Shown piece after piece: positions 57,604 to 64,000 of a DNA stretch of 64,000 bases. Origin of the DNA: a virus; the IMG/VR virus record IMGVR_UViG_3300009181_007093; one strand, written 5' to 3'. Numbering within the stretch: position 1 is the stretch's first letter; every line of letters begins with the position of its first letter. Made by a program: the position numbers and the translations under genes. The notes beneath the pieces were generated by a model. The model worked only from the letters and a program-made list of their open reading frames with translations, ran no database searches and was not told where the DNA came from.

Positions 57604-58770
57604 CTAGGGGTTGGTAGCAGGATATTGGTTTTCACCAGGACATTCACGTTTACCATCTTGTCCTGGACCGATCTCTTCACCGTGGTCGAGCGATTCCACC
57701 GATGGAGACTCTGATAACATGCCGGTAGGAGGAGGGCAAGGAGGGAACTGTTCTGGATCATTAGGATCGCAATATACATATATACCATCTTTGAGTGTCT
57801 TCTCGCATTCAACAAATGAAAACTCAACGCCTTTTACTTGATTCTGATTCATGTCTTTTGACTCGATGACAACCTGACCAGCCGCAGCACCACATGGCTC
57901 TAATCCACACGGAATTGGTACCAATTCTCCACACGGACACCCACACGTACGCAACTGAAAACCATTAACAAAGTAATTGGTTCCACTAACTCCAGCAAAA
58001 GTTACTTCTTGTTCACATGGCGGACCACAAGACTTAGGCGTTTTAAATGTTCCTACTTGATGCTGTCCTAATCCTCCTCCTCCTCCGCTATTATTTAATG
58101 TTCCGCCACCAACTGTTGTAAAACAACCACCTGGAGCCATTCCGCTAGAATTATTGGTCCACCATTGAAAAAGATAAAGTGTGTCAGGAGATAAATTTTT
58201 TAAAGTTAATGTATGGCTACCTATACCAGAAACAGCGGTGGATAATAATCTCTTGTATTGAACTGTTTGATGCTGAAATGGATCCGGTAAATCTTCTACA
58301 TCTTGTTGATCTCCATAACGGTTGTCGGTAGTTCCTGCTATATCTTGAGTATCGCTACATGGAAACTCCTGTGTGTTATCAATTTTATATCTTGGATGTA
58401 ATGTAACTTGATTCAGATTTAGTTTCGCCTCTAGAGTTTCTGTTAAATTTTCTGGCTCATTTCTTCTTATTCTATATTTAGCAGCGGCAGCGGGAGCATC
58501 AGGATTGTTATCATCTCTTCCCTCATTCCAACCGCATACCTGTTCCCCCATTACAACTGCATCCATTTCCGATACTATGTTTTTTGGTGGGCACCAGTAC
58601 CAAGTAGCGACTGATGCTAGAGATTTAACATATTGCGTATATTCTTCAGGAAATTCTGATGCTTTATTCCAAGAAACACTGTTATTAATTTCTACTTTAT
58701 TTTCCATATAAAGTATATAGTCCGTATTATTGTGGAAAAATTTGTTTGTATCCTCCAAATGTCCGCACAT
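57604..58770 (-). CDS. Cys/Gly/Pro-rich hypothetical (possibly virion) protein
   Basis: 388-aa ORF; CGCPCG. Confidence 0.65.
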   Translation of the reverse strand: MCGHLEDTNKFFHNNTDYILYMENKVEINNSVSWNKASEFPEEYTQYVKSLASVATWYWCPPKNIVSEMDAVVMGEQVCGWNEGRDDNNPDAPAAAAKYRIRRNEPENLTETLEAKLNLNQVTLHPRYKIDNTQEFPCSDTQDIAGTTDNRYGDQQDVEDLPDPFQHQTVQYKRLLSTAVSGIGSHTLTLKNLSPDTLYLFQWWTNNSSGMAPGGCFTTVGGGTLNNSGGGGGLGQHQVGTFKTPKSCGPPCEQEVTFAGVSGTNYFVNGFQLRTCGCPCGELVPIPCGLEPCGAAAGQVVIESKDMNQNQVKGVEFSFVECEKTLKDGIYVYCDPNDPEQFPPCPPPTGMLSESPSVESLDHGEEIGPGQDGKRECPGENQYPATNP

Positions 58771-58802
58771 GTAATAACTGTTGTCAAATTACTAAATAGT
58801 TC

Positions 58803-59372
58803 ATGACATATCAAATTGGACCAATAATTACAGATGCACAGAAGCAAATACTTTATGGTACAATATTAGGAGGATCTTCTATTATTAGACCAAATAATGG
58901 TAAAAATTATTATTTGGCGATGAGAGGGAGCAACAAGATTTGGCTAAATTATAAAATAGAAGAACTTAAATGTTTTTTTAAGATAGATGAAAATACTATA
59001 AAGAAAGATAAAAATACATACCGATGTTATAGCATTGCCTATCCTGTATTTCATGAAGTTCAAAAGCTTTTTTATAAAAATAATAGCAAAATTATTCAAA
59101 AGGAAACACTAGAAATACTAACAGAAAATGCATGGATGGTTTGGTTTGTAGACGCAGGAAGAAAAGATAGAAAAAAATGCTATTTAAGAACACATAAATT
59201 TGGAGAAGAAGGAAGCAAAATTATTGCAAATTATTTCACTTCATTGGATTGTGATTGCAAAAATCAAAAAAATAGAGGAAGAAATGAGATCGTTTTTAGC
59301 GAAAAAGGCTCAGTTGAATTATTGAATATAATAAAGGATTGTTTGCCTGATTTTATAAATATAAAGATATAA
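58803..59372 (+). CDS. Degenerate LAGLIDADG_2 (I-SceI-like) protein
   Basis: YGTILGGSS (catalytic Asp absent); WFVDAG. Confidence 0.7.
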   Translation: MTYQIGPIITDAQKQILYGTILGGSSIIRPNNGKNYYLAMRGSNKIWLNYKIEELKCFFKIDENTIKKDKNTYRCYSIAYPVFHEVQKLFYKNNSKIIQKETLEILTENAWMVWFVDAGRKDRKKCYLRTHKFGEEGSKIIANYFTSLDCDCKNQKNRGRNEIVFSEKGSVELLNIIKDCLPDFINIKI

Positions 59373-59409
59373 AAGCATATATTTTTTATATTCTGGTTTC
59401 TAAAATCAC

Positions 59410-62400
59410 TTACGCAGTACCCGCGAGACGAAAGCTAATACCGTTGCCTGCTGTCGATGTACTATTCGTACCACGAAACGAGGATGAAATGTTAAAACTG
59501 TTACTCGCCCAACCGCCGCCCCGGACCCCGCGAGACGAGCCAACTGTGCCATCCAGATCGTTCCACTGAAACACGTTGCCACTCTGATCAAACGTGCCGT
59601 AGAAGCTAGCGCTGTTGTTAAAGAAGCCTACGCCCGTTGAGTTGCCGAAGACATTATTGTAGTTGGCCTGATTTGGGCTACTGTGGTAAAAGGGATCGTT
59701 GCCCGGAGCAGTGTCACTCTGCGTGGCGTAAGTCCAGTAACCCGCATTCGTGCTGCCGCCTTTGTAATATGCCGCCTTGTACCATTCGTTCTCAAGCGGT
59801 ATCCGGTACGTCGGAGCTAAACCCGTATTCGGATTGGCGGCGTTAACAACCACAGCATTGCCAGAAGTTGCACCGTTCAAATTGTACGTACCGTTTTCTG
59901 TCGTCGTGCTGGTCTGGGCTCCGCTGGGCTGATCGTTGCTCATCCAGTTAGCAAACCTCGCACAGTCAAACCAGTTAATATGTGCTATCGGAAGATCTCC
60001 CGTGCTTTCCATAACGGCATACGTGTAACTTCCAGATGTGCCCGCACGACTGATTTTAGCAACGCCCTGCGACTGGTTCATAGAATCGTTGTAGAGAGAG
60101 TAGGAGTCGGTCGAGCCTACGGCATTTAAGAACGCAGTGTACTGCGAGCCCGTTACATGGTACTTCCCGATCTTGTATGAGTATGCCACGGCGCCGTAGC
60201 CAGGATTACTACTGCCTGCGTCAGCAGCGTTGCCAGGATTCCCAACCGTCACCATGATCATGGCAATACCACTCGATGTCTGCGTGACTGTTGCCAAGCC
60301 ACCGAAATACCCAGTCCGTGTCGTAGTGATAGTCGCTGTTGAACTCGTTCCAAATGCCACGCCGGTTACTGTGACCAAACCAGTGCCGCTGATGGCTACC
60401 GAGCCTGATGCTGTTGCCGTACCAGCCCATGTGTAGCTGCCACTGTAGTTGCTGATTTGTACAGTGAAACCACCATTCGTTGCTGTTGGGGTTCCAAATG
60501 TTGGATTCAACGCAGCACCCACCACAGACGTGGCCATGACGTTTGCCGTGCCACCGGCATACCCAGTCCGTGTCGTCGTGATTGTGGCGGTTGAACTCGT
60601 TCCAGGAGCGACTCCGGTTACGGTGACCAATCCAGTACCGCTGACGGCTACCGATCCTGACGCTGTTGCCGTACCAGCCCATGTGTACAAAGCGTCGTAG
60701 TTACTGATCTGCACAGTAAAGCCATCAGCCGTTGCTGTCGTGCTTCCAAATGTTGGAGTCCGCTCAGCAAGCAGTGAGATCTCCGTGACACTTGCCGAGC
60801 CACCGACATATCCAGACCTCGTCGTAGTAATTGTAGCCGTTGAACTCGTCGCAGCAGCCACGCCGGTTACTGTGATTAATCCCGTGCCGCTTACATATAC
60901 TGATCCCGATGCTGTTGCCGTACCAGCCCATGTGTACAAGCCGTTGTAGTTGCTGATCTGCACGGTAAAACCATGTGCATTTTTCGTTGGGGCTCCAAAC
61001 GTCGGAGTTAGTGGAGCAAGCAGCGAGGTCTCCGTGACGTCTGCTGTGCCACCGACATATCCAGCTCTCGTCGTCGTAATCGTCGCTGTTGAACTCGTTC
61101 CAGGTGCCACGCCGGTTACGGTGACCAAACCCGTGCCGCTGACTACTACTGATCCCGATGCTGTCGCCGTACCAGCCCACATGTAGGCATCATCGTAGTT
61201 GCTTATCTGCACTGTAAACCCATCAGCCGTTCTTGTCGGGCTTCCAAATGTTGGAGTCTTCGCAGCAAACAGGGAGGTTGCCGTGACTCGCCCTATACCA
61301 TCTGCGTATCCCGTTCTTTTAGTAACAATCGTAGCTGTTGAAGGCGTGTGCGGAGCCACTCCGGTTACTGTAACAAGACCGCTACCATTAATTGTTGCTG
61401 TTCCTGCTGCGGATGCCGTACCCGCCCATGTGTAGGCAGCGTCGTAGTTGCTAGTTTGTACGGTGAAGCCATCTGCCGTTGGTGTCGGGCTTCCAAATGT
61501 TGGTGTTAAAGCTGCAATTGGAAGCGATCTTGAGAACACAGTGATTTTTCCTATAGCGTGTCCGATTTTTGTTGTTGTTATTGTTGCGGCTACATACGTG
61601 TCTGGAGCCACGCCGGTTACCGTAATCAAGCCCTCCCCTATTAAAAATCCTGTGAATCCTGTAATTCCTACTGCTCCAGAAGTTGCATCTCCAGACCACG
61701 TATAGCTTGAGTCATAGTTCGTAATTGGTATTGTAAAACCGTCTACAGTTCTTACTATTGAATTGTTCGCACTAACTTCGGGCGTCAATGCAGCAAGCAG
61801 TGATGTTGCCATGACTTGTGCGTTACTACTAACAGATCCCTGTGCAATCGAGCCACATGATAAGCATACAGTGGTAATTGTTGCTGTTGAACTGGTATTG
61901 GCAGCGACTCCTGTTATTGTAACCAAACCTCCTCCGTCAATCGCAACAGAACCAGATGTTGCCGTTCCAGACCAGTAATAACTATTATTATAGTTCGTGA
62001 TTTGTACATGGAAACCATCTGCCGTTGGTGTGGTACTCCCAAACGTTGGAGTCAATCCAGCAGCCAGTGATACGCCAGTGACTGTTGATCCGCCGACAAT
62101 ACTGTTTTTTGTGGCGGTTATCGTAGCCGTGGAAGGTGTGTCCGCAGCCAAGCCGGTTACGGTGACCAGACCAGTGCCGTTAATGGCTACCGAACCTGAT
62201 GCTGTGCCAGCCCATGAGTAACTCGAGTCATAGTTACTGATCTGCACCGTGAAACCACCATTCGTTGATGTTGGGCTTCCAAATGTTGGAATCAAGGCAG
62301 ATGTTGATGTTACTGTTGCCGAGCCACTTGCATACCCCAATCTCGTAGTTGTGATTGTGGCTGTTGAGCTTGTGTCGGCAGCCAATCCTGTAACAGTAGC

Positions 62401-64000
62401 CAAGCCAGTGCCACTAATTGATACTGATCCCGATGCGGTTGCAGTACCTGCCCATGTGTAGGCGGCATCATAGTTACTGATCATGACAGTGAAACCATCA
62501 GCCTTTGGTGTTATGGTACCAAACGCTGGTGTTAGAGCTGCGTATAAAGATGTTTCTGTGGTTTGACTCCAACCTTCGACATACCCAGTCCTCGTCGTCG
62601 TGATCGTCACCGATGAACTCACTCCAGTAGCTACGCCGGTTACGGCAACCAAACCACTGCCACTAATAGATGCGGCACCATAACCGGCAGCATTCCATGT
62701 GTAGGCAGCATCGTAGTTGCTGATCTGCACAGTGAAACCATCAGCCGTTGCTGTCTTGGTGCCAAAAGTTGGATTCAATGCTGCAAGCAGCGATGTTGCC
62801 GTGACTTCTGCAGTGCCGCCTGCATACCCATCTCTCACAGTTGTAATCGTAGCCGTCGAACTTGTCCCAACAGCCACTCCGGTTACAGTGACCAAACCTG
62901 TGCCGCTGACGGTTACCGTGCCTGCTGTTGCCGTGCCAGCCCAGTAATAACTGTAGTCATAGTTGCTGATCTGCACCTTGAACCCATCAGCGGTTGATGT
63001 CGGGCTTCCAAACGTTGGTGTCAGAGCCGAATCTAAAGATGTTTCTGTGACCGTAGCGGTTCCATTACTATGCCCAGTTTTTACTGTAGTGATCGTTGCT
63101 GTTGAGATCGTTAAAGTAGCCACGCTGTTCACAGTGACTAAACCGCTCCCACTGATGGTTACCGAACCTGATGCGGTTGCTGAACCGGACCATGTATAAC
63201 TGGAATCATAGTTGCTGATCTGCACAGTGAACCCATCAGCGGTTGATGTCGGCGTTCCAAACGCTGGCGTTAGGGCATCAGTAGGAAATGCTGTAATCTG
63301 TGCAGTTCCACCGACATAACCAACTCTCGTAGTCGTGATCGTTGCCGTTGAACTTGTCGCAGCAGCCACGCCGGTAACCGTGACCAAACCACTCCCGCTG
63401 ACGGCTACCGTGCCCGATGCTGTTGCTGTGCCAGCCCATGAGTAGCTGCCACTGTAGTTACTGATCTGTACAGTGAAGCCACCAGCGGTTACTGTCGGCG
63501 TTCCAAACGCTGGCGTTAGGGCTGAGTTTAAAGATGTCTCTGTGACGGTTGCAGAGCCATTGTTAAATCCAGTTTTTGCTGTCGTGATCGTCGCTGTTGA
63601 ACTCGTTCCAGTAGCCACGCCGGTTACTGTAATCAAACCACCTCCACTAATGGATACCGAACCCGATGCTGTTGCCGTGCCGCCCCATGAGTAGGTTGAG
63701 TTGTAGTTACCTATGTAGACAGTGAAACCAGTAGCCGTTGGTGTCGGAGATCCAAACGTTGGCGTTAAAGCCGCTCCTAAGGATGTTGTCCAAACTTGTG
63801 CGGACCCATTGAGTGCATTTGGCTTTGTAGTCGTGATCGTTGCCGTTGAACTCGTCGCCGCAGCAACACCGGTTACCGTGACCAATCCACTACCACTGAC
63901 GTCTACCGAACCTGATGCTGTTGCCTCTCCACTCCATGAGAAACTGCCATCGTAGTTACTGATTTGCACAGTGAAGCCATCAGCCGTTGGAGTTATGCTC
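59410..64000 (-). CDS. Large adhesin/fibre: at least 15 tandem ~82-aa Thr/Gly-rich repeats plus a C-terminal FGE-sulfatase (C-type lectin fold) domain; 5' end off-window
   Basis: ALTPTFG...GFTVQISNY...W.GTATASG repeats; VTVGNPGNAAD, ENEWYKAAYY, DQSGNVFQW, RGGGW; frame open to the edge. Confidence 0.85.
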   Translation of the reverse strand, partial: SITPTADGFTVQISNYDGSFSWSGEATASGSVDVSGSGLVTVTGVAAATSSTATITTTKPNALNGSAQVWTTSLGAALTPTFGSPTPTATGFTVYIGNYNSTYSWGGTATASGSVSISGGGLITVTGVATGTSSTATITTAKTGFNNGSATVTETSLNSALTPAFGTPTVTAGGFTVQISNYSGSYSWAGTATASGTVAVSGSGLVTVTGVAAATSSTATITTTRVGYVGGTAQITAFPTDALTPAFGTPTSTADGFTVQISNYDSSYTWSGSATASGSVTISGSGLVTVNSVATLTISTATITTVKTGHSNGTATVTETSLDSALTPTFGSPTSTADGFKVQISNYDYSYYWAGTATAGTVTVSGTGLVTVTGVAVGTSSTATITTVRDGYAGGTAEVTATSLLAALNPTFGTKTATADGFTVQISNYDAAYTWNAAGYGAASISGSGLVAVTGVATGVSSSVTITTTRTGYVEGWSQTTETSLYAALTPAFGTITPKADGFTVMISNYDAAYTWAGTATASGSVSISGTGLATVTGLAADTSSTATITTTRLGYASGSATVTSTSALIPTFGSPTSTNGGFTVQISNYDSSYSWAGTASGSVAINGTGLVTVTGLAADTPSTATITATKNSIVGGSTVTGVSLAAGLTPTFGSTTPTADGFHVQITNYNNSYYWSGTATSGSVAIDGGGLVTITGVAANTSSTATITTVCLSCGSIAQGSVSSNAQVMATSLLAALTPEVSANNSIVRTVDGFTIPITNYDSSYTWSGDATSGAVGITGFTGFLIGEGLITVTGVAPDTYVAATITTTKIGHAIGKITVFSRSLPIAALTPTFGSPTPTADGFTVQTSNYDAAYTWAGTASAAGTATINGSGLVTVTGVAPHTPSTATIVTKRTGYADGIGRVTATSLFAAKTPTFGSPTRTADGFTVQISNYDDAYMWAGTATASGSVVVSGTGLVTVTGVAPGTSSTATITTTRAGYVGGTADVTETSLLAPLTPTFGAPTKNAHGFTVQISNYNGLYTWAGTATASGSVYVSGTGLITVTGVAAATSSTATITTTRSGYVGGSASVTEISLLAERTPTFGSTTATADGFTVQISNYDALYTWAGTATASGSVAVSGTGLVTVTGVAPGTSSTATITTTRTGYAGGTANVMATSVVGAALNPTFGTPTATNGGFTVQISNYSGSYTWAGTATASGSVAISGTGLVTVTGVAFGTSSTATITTTRTGYFGGLATVTQTSSGIAMIMVTVGNPGNAADAGSSNPGYGAVAYSYKIGKYHVTGSQYTAFLNAVGSTDSYSLYNDSMNQSQGVAKISRAGTSGSYTYAVMESTGDLPIAHINWFDCARFANWMSNDQPSGAQTSTTTENGTYNLNGATSGNAVVVNAANPNTGLAPTYRIPLENEWYKAAYYKGGSTNAGYWTYATQSDTAPGNDPFYHSSPNQANYNNVFGNSTGVGFFNNSASFYGTFDQSGNVFQWNDLDGTVGSSRGVRGGGWASNSFNISSSFRGTNSTSTAGNGISFRLAGTA

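Noticed and set aside
60221-63955. Series of similar short ORFs on the plus strand and in alternative frames
   Set aside because: Shadow ORFs of the repetitive adhesin gene

Overview
AT-rich (about 30% GC by eye), densely coding segment of a large T4-like/jumbo tailed phage genome. The host may be a planctomycete (inference from the RimI-like and FGE-domain proteins). Replication and recombination genes: a DnaE split into two genes, a reduced PolA-family polymerase, DnaB/gp41 helicase, UvsX/RecA, gp32-like SSB, UvsY-like, UvsW, a Ski2/Hel308 helicase, dNMP kinase and dCMP deaminase. Accessory genes: a complete PrkA-YeaH-SpoVR module, envelope/sugar genes (ACP, HldE, GT9, methyltransferases), a lysine 6-aminotransferase, two DNA methyltransferases, an ArdC-like protein and repeat-rich adhesin/fibre genes. 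Mobile load: four inteins and several free-standing endonucleases. Most striking unexplained signals: (1) a promoter-driven, roughly 500-nt highly structured non-coding region flanked by 21-bp tandem repeats, directly upstream of the reduced PolA; (2) a DnaE whose palm active-site motifs are divided between two genes, with a degenerate duplication and no split intein; (3) a hairpin after prkA containing a sequence complementary to the yeaH SD and start codon; (4) a T4 capsid-targeting-like N-terminal motif shared by about 9 proteins. No tRNA, rRNA or CRISPR array was recognised. All family assignments come from motif recognition by eye; no searches were run.
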